A stretch of 64,000 bases of DNA from positions 93,002,001 through 93,066,000 of the forward strand of contig NW_024704743.1 of assembly GCF_018977255.1 (NCBI RefSeq). The letters run 5' to 3'. Under the pieces are notes generated by a model. The model was not told the DNA's origin, searched no databases, and was given only the letters and a program-made list of their open reading frames with translations. This DNA comes from Callorhinchus milii. Taxonomy: Eukaryota. Each line of letters starts with the position of its first letter. Position 1 is the stretch's first letter. A program made the translations under genes and the position numbers. Below, in pieces: positions 27,955 to 41,290 of this stretch.

Positions 27955-29230
27955 GTCGTGCAGTAAGTTAGCACACTGGAATTTCATGCACGAGACCTGA
28001 GTTCAGATGCAGCCTAGATTAATGGGATGAAAGTTGCATCTGATGGTGGGTTATAAGAGTCTTATTTGAAACTGGGATTTGCAATCTTAATCTAGTTTTG
28101 AAAAAACATGAGGAGGTCAACACAAAATTGCACATAATTTGACATTTATTGTCAAACTCACTGATGTAGGCCATTTGATCCAGTTTGAGCATACCAATGA
28201 TGGTTGGGAATCTGAGGGGAAGGGGAAATCTAAAAGGGATCTAGGTGTGTTAGCTGATTCATTGTTCATTATGTCAAAAACAGTGTGAGGCAGCAATTAC
28301 AAGGCAAACAGAAGACTGGGTTATATTGCTGAATCGGTTGAGTTTAGATCCCCAGACATCATACTCAGGCTGTGTAGTATTCTGGTCAGGCCTAGAGAAC
28401 TGCCTACAGTTCTGGACAAGGCCTACGCCCTAAAGGCAATGCAGAGGAGAAAAATGAGGATGATCCCCAGTGATAGAGGAATGAGCTATGAGCAATGATT
28501 ATACAATCTATGGCTCTTCAGTCTAAAGAGAAGATGACCAGAGAGGACCTCATAGGCATATATAACATTTTAAAAGGTATTGTAAAATGTAAAACCAGAA
28601 CAATACTTTAGAATGCACCAAGAGAGTAGAACAAGGGGTATAGGTTCAGTGTTGCAAAGTGCAATTTCAGAACAGTTACAAGGACATGTTTCTTTAATCA
28701 GAGGGTAATTAATGACTGGAAGGTTTCCAGGATGGGTGGTTGAGACCAGGACACAGGGTACATTTAAAAAGTAGTTCTACATGAGGGGCACCATATAAAT
28801 GCAAGTTGTTGTTGTTGTTGATTCTGTGATGGGAGGCGGTAGAGTAGGTATTTTGGAGGGATGAGATCAGAAGAGTCATCTAAACTAATCTTGTGATCTT
28901 GTGTGAATGTGAAATGTAGACCTTGGGTATCTTAAGCCTGATGGTGGGAGCCAAATTCAGTCACAATCGTACATTATGGAAAATTTAAAATGAGATTAGC
29001 TTCAGAGTTGGTGTGAGACATAGCAGGACATCTGCGGGATTGCATATATACAAATCTCGCTAAGTAACCAGAATGATGCAGTGGGAGTGTATTCCTCTGA
29101 GTGCAGACTAAGGCACAGAGAACCAGTATCCTCACTCCAGACTCAATTGTTTTCTACCTGAGAGATTAATACTGATATTCAATGAACAAAGCCAGGGACA
29201 TATTTTATTTCCAAGCATCTTGAGGAATCT
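27955..29230 (+). mobile_element. LF-SINE-like remnant interrupted by an old CR1 fragment (~28225-28905)
   Basis: tRNA-like head GAGTTCAGATGCAGCCTAG and body related to 16225-16680. Internal CR1 remnants RDLGV and QRR..RMIP. Confidence 0.45.
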
Positions 29231-29959
29231 AAGAAAGCTACAATTGCAAATATAGATTTTTGAACAAAACTACATGCAGGTAATATATAGATTATGTTTG
29301 TTCCAATCGTTGTTTATTTCGATTTTGAAAAGAGGTCTAAGCAAAATGGCTTATGTGAATGATTTATTTAATAGCAGAGGGAATAAGCAGGTCATCATGT
29401 TAAGGTCCATTCAAAGGTCTCCTCCATCTAATAGTTTTGAAAAGTTAATTCAATTCCAAACTCCAAATTAATACCCAGTTCTCTTTCCCCACCCAGACCG
29501 TCAAATTGAACATGTGCGGGAGCTAATCTCACTTGATTGCCATTGTCTAGGGTGGTTTACATATTGAGATGATTTAATATGTGTCCAAGACAGAAAGAAA
29601 ACTCCTCACTAATGTTATAGAGATATTTGAAATATTAGGGGAATGAATATACCTCACCAAGGAAGAGGATATCACTCTTGTATGAAGAAAGGAGTGTTTT
29701 TTTTAAAAACAGGTTTGAAATGTAAAACTACTTGTAAAGAACTCAGGAGATGTTGATCCAACTCTCAGAGGCACACATGGTTCCAAGTGCTTAGCATACA
29801 CTTCCCAGCGATAGTGAAACAGATATTAATCCAGGATAAATATACCCAATGTTCATAGTGTATTAAAAGATTCAAAGAGGAATGTGAAAATGATGAAGGA
29901 GACTATTGATTGATTTTATACCTATAGACAATGCACCTAGTGTTACAAATACAAAAATG

Positions 29960-30410
29960 CAAAATTACATTTCCATAGGGCCTTTCACGTTGGGAGGACA
30001 TCCCAAGGTGCTGGACAGTCAGGGATTTGGATCTGAGCAGGAGGTTGGGATCAGGGAGGGTGGAGGGCAGGCAGGGTCGGAAGATGGCCAAAGGCATGGT
30101 CGAAGAGGAGGATCTTGAGACTTGCCTTGAAGGAGTCGACATAGGGAACAAGACAAAGTGAATGTGGGATGGAGTTCTAAAAGTTGAGAGCAGAAAGGCT
30201 GAAGGCATAACGGTGATGGTAGGACAGACTGGGGGTATGGGGTGGGGGGTGACGTGTGGAGCAGGCCAGAGCCTGCTGAGCAGAGGGAGCGGACAGATTG
30301 ATAAGGGATTAGCAGGTTACAGAGCTAGGAAGGAGCAAGGGCGTGGAGGGCATTGAAGGTGAGGACGAGATTTTTGAACTCTATCCTCTAGAGCCAGTGG
30401 AGCCGGGCAA
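29960..30410 (-). mobile_element. L2 LINE 3' fragment
   Basis: Reverse tail GCCTTTCACGTTGGGAGGACATCCCAAGG and RI.FKI/LHW remnants. Confidence 0.82.
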
Positions 30411-31595
30411 GGTGGAGGTACATGTGTGTTATTCACTTCTTCCTTCTACAACTTTCTCTATTGCTTCTATAACGTTCATGGCAATCCCTTTCATTGTGTT
30501 TCTATCTAATTCCATCTCCAGCCTTCTTATTCTCATCCACAATTTTAAAGTAAACTTTGAATAATTTCATTAAGAAAAAAGAGAAATCCAAGCTAATATG
30601 AATATAACCAAAAATATCAGCAGTAAATTTTTTTTAACAGTTTCAAACAAATGAATTTAAGCCTACTCTCTGCTTCCTCTTCCCATTTATTCCACACTTT
30701 CGCAATATTTGTGCAATATTCTCTAAAGCTGATTCTGATATTTCCTTCTCAATCATTTCACCTTGTTCCTACGCTTTCACATTTTAATTTATCTCTTAAT
30801 CATTCTAATCCTACTTCTAATCCAAAACAAGTGTTGGTATTGGCTGTTTCAATTGACATTCCTCCAGTTTAATTTATCATTCTTCACTTTACCTGACCCT
30901 GGTCACCTGTGGCAAAATATAATTGCCTCTCACATCACTGAATTCATCTCTGTCTCTGTCACTCTTCCAATCTCAATAATTCTTCATAACTGTTCAATAT
31001 TCTGTCAAACAAAATAAAATTTTGTAGTTCTGACTTTGCTCGTGCTGAATGATTATTTATGAAAAAATTGATGCTCATTGTCAATAGAGGCTTCACTTCT
31101 CTTTAGACAAGATACAGTAGTACCAAATCGTTTGCTATTCTTAAAACACAAAAACAGTACTCATTCAGAAAAGAGAGGAGTGAAATAGTAACTTTCACTA
31201 ATTACACTTTTTAATGAAAAATATTTAGAGAAAAAAAATCTGTCAATATGTATGGCAGAGTTCCACAGGGAGGAAAAAAATCAGAAGTAAGACAACAGAG
31301 GTGGTAAGAAAGCAAACAGCAGATATGGTCATGCACGTTTACAGCAACCATTCTATTTTATGCAAATGCAAGCAATCAGTTAAATTTAATCCATCGATAA
31401 ATAATAGTAAATCTTGTATTTCATGTGGTGCCTATAATGCAGAAATGTCTCAAAATGCTTCACACTCTATATATCCAAGTTGTTGTTGTTGTAGTGTAAA
31501 TTTTTAATCCTGATGGAATCCTTTTTTTTAAAATATATGTATAGAATAGATTTTAGAAACCACAATATTTGTATGTAATATAATTTAGAAACTAC

Positions 31596-31891
31596 AATAA
31601 TAATAATCCTTGCATTTGATATAGTGCTTTTCTCAAAGCGCTTCACAGAATATGCTGTAAAGTGATTTGACTGTATATTTGTGGGCGAAACACAGCAGCC
31701 AATTGTGCACGGCAGTGTCCCACAAACAGTCTTGGATTGAAAATGACCAATTTACTATTGTTTTGTTTTGGTGGGATTATTATTAGGCGTGTGGAGTAAG
31801 GAAACTTGCCCAAGGTTTTGCCCTGCCTGGAATTGAACCCTGGTGTCATGCTTGCAAGGCAAGTGCTCTAACCACTGAGCTGCCGGACTCC
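31596..31891 (-). mobile_element. Full-length tRNA(Ala)-derived SINE with Deu-type body and L2-like tail
   Basis: Head GGAGTCCGGCAGCTCAGTGGTTAGAGCACTTGCCTTGCAAGC...GGTTCAATTCC (A and B boxes, TGC anticodon loop), then ACCTTGGGCAAGTTTCCTTAC, Deu-like core and (ATT)n tail. Confidence 0.85.
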
Positions 31892-34800
31892 ATAACAGAT
31901 TTGTTAGATGATGTCTTTGAGTGAGAGGCCTGTTCATTTGCACCACAATGTATTTTTACAATGTGCTTATGTAACCTCAGATGAGGAGAAATGGGCGTGC
32001 GATACATGAGGTGATAAATGTCACAAGGAACAGAAAATGCAATTAATATCTGTGTTTGAAGCAGGAGTCAGGCTCTGTCACTGTTAAGCACTGTGAGATG
32101 CTACCCTGCACTGAGGGCATTATATAAGTACAAGTTAATGTTGTTGAAGCATGCCTCTTGTACGCCATGCGAATGTGTTGTGCAATGTTCCAGCAAACAG
32201 TTATTTTGCTTCGTAAAGCTATGAGTTATGGCTTTTCTTTGCAGCTCAACATGTATCAGTTAAGTAGGGATGTTGTGTTAAGTGATAAAGGATTATATGT
32301 CCATCATGATACAACAGAAACAATGCATCGATATCCTTGATGGCAAGTTTGGGATTGAAAACCACCAACCTGTCCCCTCAGAATAACTTTACCCATAAGA
32401 TTTTCAAAATCAAATTCACCACCATGTTTTATATTAATGAAGGGGGAGGGCTAAGAAGCACTATTATGACTTTAATTTATAAGTAGTGTTGTTAATTTTA
32501 AAATAGTATCTCATGCAAAACCATTACTGAATGGACTAAATGTCTTCAGGTTAAATAAATAGCTTCAAGCTTTTAAAAACAAATGGGATATTGTAGGAGG
32601 GACAATGCAACGTTTCTTTACCAGGTACCATCTTAAAATTAAAGTAAAACATAAATTCTTGTGGTCGGAAATAAACTATTCCACGCCATACTAGCTAAAA
32701 ATCAAATATGATGAATTTGATTCTGAATATACTGCTATTTCTAATAAAAATAATAATAATTCTTGCATTTAGTACAGCGCACTATCATGTCGTTGAGACA
32801 TCTCAAAGCGCTTCACAGGATATACTGTGAAGTGGAGAGTGTGTCTCAGTAATAGGGATAAAGCTAACATGAAATACAGAATCATACTGTATGTGTAGCA
32901 ATACACTGCTTCTGTCACTGGGTAGAATCTCCATTTGGAAGATTCTACAGATTGTCACTGACAGATAGAGGTCACAGCTACAATGGCAAATGAGCTAATG
33001 ACGCTTATCTCCATAATCAAACTGCAGGTCCGAGACACTCCTTCAACTTCTTTCCAGCCCAACTAAACATCAGTTTTGGTGAGAGATGAACAGACACCTG
33101 TATCTGGGACTCTATCACAGCATCGCTGCGTTTAGCCTGCCTCCCTGCAGATTGTAAAACAAGCCCAGCTTCCAAATCAGATTGAATTGAAGAATTTTCC
33201 ATTCCAGTGACAGAAGCACTGTAATGCACTGTAATAAATGCACGACTTATATGCTGAGCTTCAAAGGAAAGTCAAAACCCCTCAGCTTCATGTTCCAAAA
33301 TAATTTTGAATGTTTGCAGGAACATGCACAGCATCCAGGAGGCAAATATGATAAATGAGGCCTAAATATTCATGTTGGCTTCTAGCTGGAAGAAACTGAA
33401 TAAAATTATCTCTTTGGCAAATGTTTGCTACAAATCATATTTTATTGCCAAAAGATTCAGATTAGTCTGATTACACTTGGTATTTTCACACCAGACAGAA
33501 TTAAATTTCTGGTGTCAAGTTCCGAATGTAAGTGGGGGGGAAACTGATCAAGAAAAATAAATTGACATTTTATCTGTTGGGAACATTGGAAAACAGGAAC
33601 AGGCAGGTGCCATTCATTCCATTGAGCTGGTTCTAGCTGTTTATTACATTTTGGAAGCTCTTTTCATGCCATGCTCTTTCATCATTATTACCTTGACCAC
33701 ACGATAATCTGTCTATCCCTCTTTTGAACCTCTCAATTGTTTCTGGTGCAGAGCATTGCACATCTTCACAAAGAGGCTTATATGTCCTACCTTAAATTAT
33801 TTCAACCTCTCTACCATCTTTGTTCTTGCCAGGCCTGGTGGCAATGAGAAGAATGTTCAAATAATGGCTCTGATCACTGAGCATTGCTCATGGTATCACC
33901 AGAGCCTTTAGATTGAAAAATCCCAAAGCCCTATGATTTGTGCACACTAGCGACCTTTCAAACATCTTTTTCGGATCAACCCATGCCGAAACAATAAAAC
34001 TGAAGGCCATGAGACGTGCAATATGAATGTCAAGTGACTTGGTGCTAGGCTTTTCTGTATTCCATTTATTTAGAGTGTGACAATCTAGAAAAACATCTGC
34101 AAAACTCAGGGCCAGGTGTTAAGCATGTGACAGGGTTGTTTATCTGAGACATCACATAAGATACGTCACCCCGTTGATGCACATTTTCATTAATGGAAAA
34201 GTGGCAATAGCCTGTGGTGGCAGCAGGACATGTTACTGTGAAAAAGACTTCAGATTAGTTTGCTTTTGCGATGGTCGTTTTGTTTATATTATGATATTTC
34301 TATGTTTCTCTAATCTGGTTGCCTCTCATAGGCCAGTCATTGCCAAAAAACCTTTAGTGTAAAACTGATAATTGGTCTAACAAGATGCCTAGGCCAGATA
34401 ATGTATACCCTAGAATCATCAACTGTATGAGCAATGAAATTGAGCAGACTTGGCTTCATCTTTTTAGAACTCCACTGACATGGATTTGTACCTGTAGACT
34501 GGCATATAAAATGTTCGCCTAATATTGAGAAAAGTAGTGGAGCATGAGTTGATTTTCTTTGTGTGGAAGAGTTTTAAGGTATTGTTCACTCAAGCCTGGA
34601 GGCTTTTTATCAATTTTAAAACTGATTTGTTAGATTTATCTTGTCGTCACCCCTATTCTTTCCAAATTTGGAAGGGGCCTCTGTGACATGCCTTAGCACT
34701 TCTCCTGGGTTTCTCAATGAGGATAGAAAGGAGATCAGGTTTGCCAAAGGGTTTTCTACATTCAAACTAATCCAGTGACTTTTAAGGCCTATAATTCCAC

Positions 34801-37095
34801 CTGTTTTTGGCCTGCAAGATCATGTTGTCTTAAAGTTTATGTTCATGCAAATTTATGTAAAATTCTTGAATTCATTGTTACTTTGGAAGCTAATTTATTG
34901 CATTTCTTAATCAAAACAACATTAAGATTCAGTTTAAGAATTCTCTACAACTCTCACAACTTTGTGCCATTTTCAATCTTTAGACAAAATGCTCTTGCAG
35001 GCTAAGACCAGGTGGAACCTATGGTCCCTTTCTTCATTCTGCACAACCGTGGTGAAGCAGTTTAATTTAGCGTAACTTTTGCTAAATAAAATTGTGCTTT
35101 TTTCTTTTGGCCCAACAATATTTGCAATCTGAAAGCATACTATAATCTATCATTTTTGTTCCACTATCTTTAAGGCTATATTTGGTATTGTATTAATGTG
35201 TAGCAAATCCATAATGTATGCTAATTGAATCCAATTTCATATGTAAATTAGGTTGATGACAAAAAGATAGGTTTTCTCCTTTAATTCACACTGTAACTGC
35301 CAGTAAACAGGTAGCGCTGTGTTTTGTTAATGGTGCTGGGTTCACAGCAAGACTCATTAAGATTATAATTTTTAAAAAAGTGTTCAGGCGGACTGAGTAC
35401 ATCTGTGCGATTTGTTTATAATGGGAATATCATGCATAAATCGTTGTTAAAAATCATAAACTGAAGACATAATTGCAACAAACAGATTGTTTTACTTCAA
35501 GATTACTTGTTATCGTCCAGTGCTTAATGCAACACCATCTGCTGTGTGTACCAGAAAGGACATTTACAATTCAGAGAACGCAGGAATTAAATCTTTATCA
35601 CAAACTTAAAATAAATGAAGTGTACAAATGTGTAAATGTGTAAGTTAATTCTGAGGCGTGCATTTGTACTACAATGCCAATGATTTTTGTGGGCTGAAAT
35701 TTTGTTTAGTGACTTTGAGGATAATAATCCTTATATTTGATATAGTACTTCTTCATGTCACTGAGACATCTCAAAATACTTCTCAGCATTTACTGTGAAA
35801 TGTAGTGACTGTATTTTGTAGGTGGACACAAAGGCCAATTTGTGCACAGCAATTTGCTACAAACAGCCATGATGAGGGAATATAATGGGAAAATATTGTC
35901 AGTTTCACTGCATGGAATACCCACTCGAATTTCAGCTCTCTGATATTGTTAGTTTTGATGGAGATTGAACTAGAGTCCTGACAATGTTTTTACATTGTAA
36001 ATCAGCGTTAACCTACCACAGGTACTTCCCAGAAGTCAATAATGACAGTCCTGTAATGGATGATAGCCATGTTCTGGCCGATTATGGATCTTTGTGCTGA
36101 TTTGGCTTCTTTTTTCAAGTTCAATTCAGACCCTTCCAGAGATGGTCGTGCAAAGACCAGAACTGATCAGAGTTAACATTCCCACGTAAAAGCCCTTTCA
36201 CTCTTTCAGGGTAATAGCAGGAAATTTTGACACTACAATTTGTCATTCAGTAAATGCACGTATTAAAGTCTTTATGAAGATACATTATTTTATGGGTTTA
36301 GACAGTTGTATAAAGCGATATGCAAAAATTTTGAAATGTACAGAGATGGGACCAAACTTAACTTTGAATTGTCAATGTTATTTGATCAGGCCAACAGACC
36401 ACGTTAATTTAGATTTCTGCACAGACAGAAAACATTTTAAAATAGACTGAATTTCCAGTGGTATTCTGCATATAACTTTAGAACAGATTACTTTCATTTT
36501 GATGCTAAACGGGAAACAAGTAATTTGGGCATCTGCTGAAATCAAATGGCAATTTTCATAGTCAATCAAAACCAGGTCAAGCTTACTTTTGCCCTGCCTT
36601 TGAAACAGCTGTTTGCATTGAGGCTATGTCATTTATATTGATTATTCTGGCATATAAGAAATTATTTTACTGTTTTAACTAAAAGGTAAAATACAACAGT
36701 TACTCCACTTTACAACGAGCTGACAATGAGTGCTGCTTTATTTGGAATAATAATAAGAATAATCCTTATTTGCATTTGATTTAGCGCCTTATCACGCCAT
36801 TGAGACATCTCAAAGCGGTTCACCGAATTTTTCTGTGAAGTGTAGTGACTGTTTAATTGCTGGCAAACACGACAGCCAATTTACACAAGCAATGTCCCAC
36901 CAGTGAGCCAGGCTGAAGCAGGAATGATACAGTCTGGGAAGAATCTTTGTCCACAATGGTTGGTCTGCCATTCCAAATCCTACTGATGAATCAGACTAGC
37001 TGTTCTGTCATCAGGAGGCATTGGAGGACTGTGGACATGCCTGGCTCAAGAACTGGACTACCAAGACAGCTACAGAATGCTTATTGTGAAATGAA

Positions 37096-38650
37096 CAACA
37101 GAAAATCACATTTATATAGCACCTTTCACATCAGGAGGACATTCCAAGGCACTGGACTGTTAAGGGTTTGTACACAAGCTGAGGGTTGGATTCAAGAAGG
37201 GTAGGGAACAAGGGGAGATGGGAGTGGGAGGATGACTGAAGGCGCAGGCAAAGAGGAAGGTCTTGAGACAGACCTTGAAGGAGGTAAAGAAGTGGGTGAA
37301 ATGAAAGGACTCTGGGATGGAATTCTAAAGGATGGGGTCACAAAGGCTGAAGGCAAGACCACCAATGATGCAAGGTGGAGGATGTAAAGCAGGCCAATGC
37401 CTGCTGAGCAGTGGGAATGAGCGGACTGGTAAGGTAATAATAATAATCATTGCATTTGATATAGGGCTTTTCACGTCTTCTAGACGTCTAAAGAGCTTCA
37501 CAGAATATGCAACAACCAACAACAACAAAATTACATTTGTAAAGCACCTTTTATGGTGGGAGGACGTCCCAAGACGCTGAACAGTCGGGGAAGGGGACCC
37601 AAGTGTGGGGGAGTTGCAGGGTTGGGGTGAGGGAGGGCAGAGAGGTTGGGGTGAGGGAGGGCGACCACATCACTCCCACCCTCGCTCGCCTCCACTGGCT
37701 TCCCATCCCCCAGAGGATCGAATTCAAGATCCTCATCCTCACCTACAAGGCCATTCACGGCCTTGCTCCCTCCTACCTCTCTGACCTACTATCCCCCTAC
37801 CTACCTGCCCTTACTCTCCGTTCCTCTGGCTCCGGTCTGCTCCACATCCCCCGCCCCAACCGCCCTTCAGCCTCTCAGCCCCTAGGCTCTGGAACTCCAT
37901 CCCCCAGTGCCTTTGCCTTGCTTCCTCCCTTTCCTCCTTCAAGGCCAGTCTCAAGACCTTTCCCTTTGACTGTGCCTTCAGCTCCCCTCTCGACTCTCTA
38001 ACTCCTCCTCGCTCCCTCCCTTCCCTTCCCTCCCCTCACCCTGACCATTTACCCCCTGCTCGGGTCCTGACCCAACTGTCCAGTGCCTTGGGACATCCTC
38101 CCGATGTGAAAGGCGCTCTATAAATGGAATCTTGTTGTTGTTGTTGTAGAAGGGTGGCTGGGGAGACCTGCGAGATGGTCAAAAAGGAGGGTCTTGAGTC
38201 ATGCCTCGAAGGAAGCAAGGGAGGGAGCAAGATGAAGGGATTGTGTGATGGAGTGTGGGGCCATAGGCTGAAAGCCCGGCCACCTATGGTAGGGCGGGTC
38301 AGGTGGGAGATATGGAGAAGGCCGGAGCCTGCTGAGTAGAGGGAGCAGACAGGTTGATAGGGGGTCAGCAGGTCAGAAATTTTGGAGAGGAGGGGGCAAG
38401 GCGCTGGAAGGCTTTGAAGGTGAAGTCGAGGATTTTGAATTCTATCCTATGAGGGATGGGGAGCCAGTGGAGCTGGGCGAGGGTGGGGTGATGGGGTCAC
38501 AGAGCCTGGTGCAGAAGAGGACATAGTCACTACACTTTATACTGTAAAGTCCAGTGACTGTGTGTTTAGTGGGCGAAATGCAGCAGCCAATTGCACACAG
38601 CAGTGTCCCACAACAGTCGTGGATTGAAGTGACCAATTTATCATTGATTT
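37096..38650. mobile_element. Nested cluster: L2(-) / SINE(-) / L2(-) / L2(+)
   Basis: Young + strand L2 piece 37662-38146 (DHITPTLARLHWLPIPQRIEFKIL, TTG tail) splits a - strand L2 (37511-38520), which splits a Deu-type SINE (37436-37510 plus ~38520-38650). Confidence 0.85.
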
Positions 38651-39079
38651 TTTTTCATTAGCGGAATCCAATTAAATTGCCAAACGTGTCAAATTGGAAC
38701 CAGTTCAACTCGAAGGAGTCCCTGCGTACCTCTCCCACACACACACACTTAAGCACTGTTATTTTTTAGGTTGTTTTCATGAAAGATATTCTTTGTATCT
38801 GATTAATTGTTCCACTAGTTTTTTACTTATTGAAATCAAGCTATTCGATCTATATATTCTATCTATAGCTTGGTTAATAATTTAACAATAATAATACATC
38901 TTATTCAACAACATGTTGTCTTTATTCCATTTTGATCCAGCAAGATAGTCGTACAGATTGTTCTCTGCTTTCAAAGAACCTGATTTGATGAAGAATGATC
39001 ACAATAAGGAAATTCATATTCACTTTGCCTGATATTAAAGTATCCCTTTCAACGTTCAGTAAGTGGAAGAAAAGAAAAT

Positions 39080-39655
39080 TGCCACTCGTCCATGCATTCG
39101 TCACCTCCCAACTCGACTTTTAAAATGTCGGCTTCGCAGCTCCACCATGCACAAGATCCAGCTAATCCGAAACTCCTCTGCCTGCACACTCACTCGCACT
39201 AAACTCACTCATTACACCAGTTCTAACCAAGTTCCACTGGCTCCCTATGGCTGAACGGATTGATTTCAAGATCCTTACACACACATTTTCAAATCCCTTC
39301 ATGCCCTGGCACCTCCCTACCTTCCCCACCTGCTTATCCCCCAATCCACTACTTGCTACTCCCGCTCAACTGGCTCAGGCCTTCTGCATGTACCTTGTGC
39401 CCTCCGTTCCATCATCAATGGCCGCGCTTCTAGCCGCTACACTCTGAAACTCTGGAACACTCAACCTCCATCCCACCTTCTTGCCCCTTCCTTTCCCATC
39501 TTCAGGTTGTGCCTGAAGACCTTCCTATTCGATCATACCTACAGTCACCACCCCTCTCTCATTGGCTCGGAATCGTGCCCCGTCATGATCAAGGGCTCTG
39601 GGATGTTACTCCGCATGAGGAGTGCTATATGAATGCATATTGATGTTGTTGGTGT
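39080..39655 (+). mobile_element. L2 LINE 3' fragment
   Basis: MHKIQLIRNSSA and ERIDFKIL motifs with TGTTG tail; same subfamily as 3850-4527. Confidence 0.85.
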
Positions 39656-40399
39656 TGACTGCTTTAAATATCAGTTCAACTCCAGGAGGCACATTAATTA
39701 ATAGAGTGGCAGCCTAAAACAAACTATCAAAATTAATTATTTGCTCATCAATTTAGCCATTTAATATTAATACACACAGCCACTTGAAGGGAACATAACT
39801 TCAATCTCCCTGAAGACTAACATGTGTTAAATAACCAAGGATACTTACCCTTTCTCTTTCCAAATAGTGTAATTGGATCTTTGATATCCACCAGAAGAGT
39901 ATACTTAAGAGAATTGTAAAAGATTAAAAACCCCAATAGCCTGTCATTTCTGTTATTCCAAAATGATTCCATGATCAATATTATAATGATGGTCGAGTAG
40001 TCAAAACCTTTTCTGAGGAAAAAGATCAATACCTAGCATTATATATACATGGAAATGAATAATAGAACTGACATCTCCATGCAGTGCGTGATTACAAACT
40101 TTGAGCATTTTAATTGTATGAATGAAGCAAACATAGACGCAAGTGACTGATAATAATATCCTCTTCAAGTGGAAATAAGCTTTTAATAAGATGCAGCAGG
40201 CAGAACAGGATTATTATAGAGTCTCTATACATGAAATGCAATACAACAATTCACACTAAACTCTTTGTAGGATATATATCTGAAATTTGCACTATACAGT
40301 ACATTTTGTGTAGGATGATAATAAAGCCCTGTAATGCATCACAGATAATAATAATAATCCTTGCACCTGATATACCACCTTATCACATTTTCAGGCATT

Positions 40400-41290
40400 A
40401 TATAAAAAAGTCGAGAAAAGAGGAAGCAGAAATTGAGGGTGTTGCCTACAATTAGGTTTATAAAGAATATTGAAAGCAGACAGAGAAGGAAAGGGGATTT
40501 TAGTATATGAGACAGGCTCATAGTGCCTCAGCCACTGAATGTGAAACAGAATGAGTGAGGAATAAGCAAGGCACAAGATTCTGAAGAGCAGAGAACATGA
40601 GCAGAGAATAGTTCTGGAGATGGCATTGTTGGTCAGGTGCAATATCAAGAAGGGATTTACAGGTCAGAACAAGGATTTTAAAGTCTATCCAGTGTGATAC
40701 TGTTAGCCAGTAAAGCCTGGTGTGGATGGGGGTGGGCGGATAGTAATGGTTCTGCAGGAACTCAGTTGCAGAACTCAGTGAGAGAGGATATGAGCAGCTG
40801 GAGCTTGTAGAGGGTGGAGCTCGTGGAAAATTGTGTAAGTATTATTCTGAGGCAATAAAGGCAATGGATGAGGGTTTGAGCTGTGGAGGAGAAGATGGAC
40901 ACATGAAGACAGACAATGTTCTGGAGATTAAATCAATCAGTTTTAGTCAAGGCCTGGATCCAGGGTTTCAAGCAGAGCTGGAGGTCAAGCTGAATGTCAA
41001 AGTTAAGCATTGGATTAGTTAGTCTAATTGAGCATCCTGGGAGGTTGATGGATTCAGAACTGCAGGAAAGAAGGCAAGAGTCGAACAGGATGGCTTCAGT
41101 TTTGCTGAAATTCAGATGAAGAAATGCAAGGTTCATCCCAGACTTGATGACATGATGATTCAGAACAGTAATAGTCCTGGAATCAAGGGTGGAACCAGAG
41201 AATTTCAACTGGGTATCATTGGCATACATGTGAAAACTGACCCCATGAGATGATGTCTCAAACAAAAAGGAGACAAAGGATGGAGCCCTG
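40400..41290 (-). mobile_element. Old L2 LINE RT fragment flanked by SINE tails
   Basis: ORF 40933-41451 includes HGVSFHMYANDTQL and FLHLNFSKTEAIL (decayed YADD region). Confidence 0.8.

Noticed and set aside
31815..31891. tRNA-Ala(TGC) gene
   Set aside because: Acceptor stem does not pair, the T-stem has mismatches, and it runs directly into a SINE body; it is a SINE head.
37511..38146. Twin-priming L2 inversion with tails at both ends
   Set aside because: The minus-strand L2 resumes at ~38147, so this is simple nesting of a second L2.
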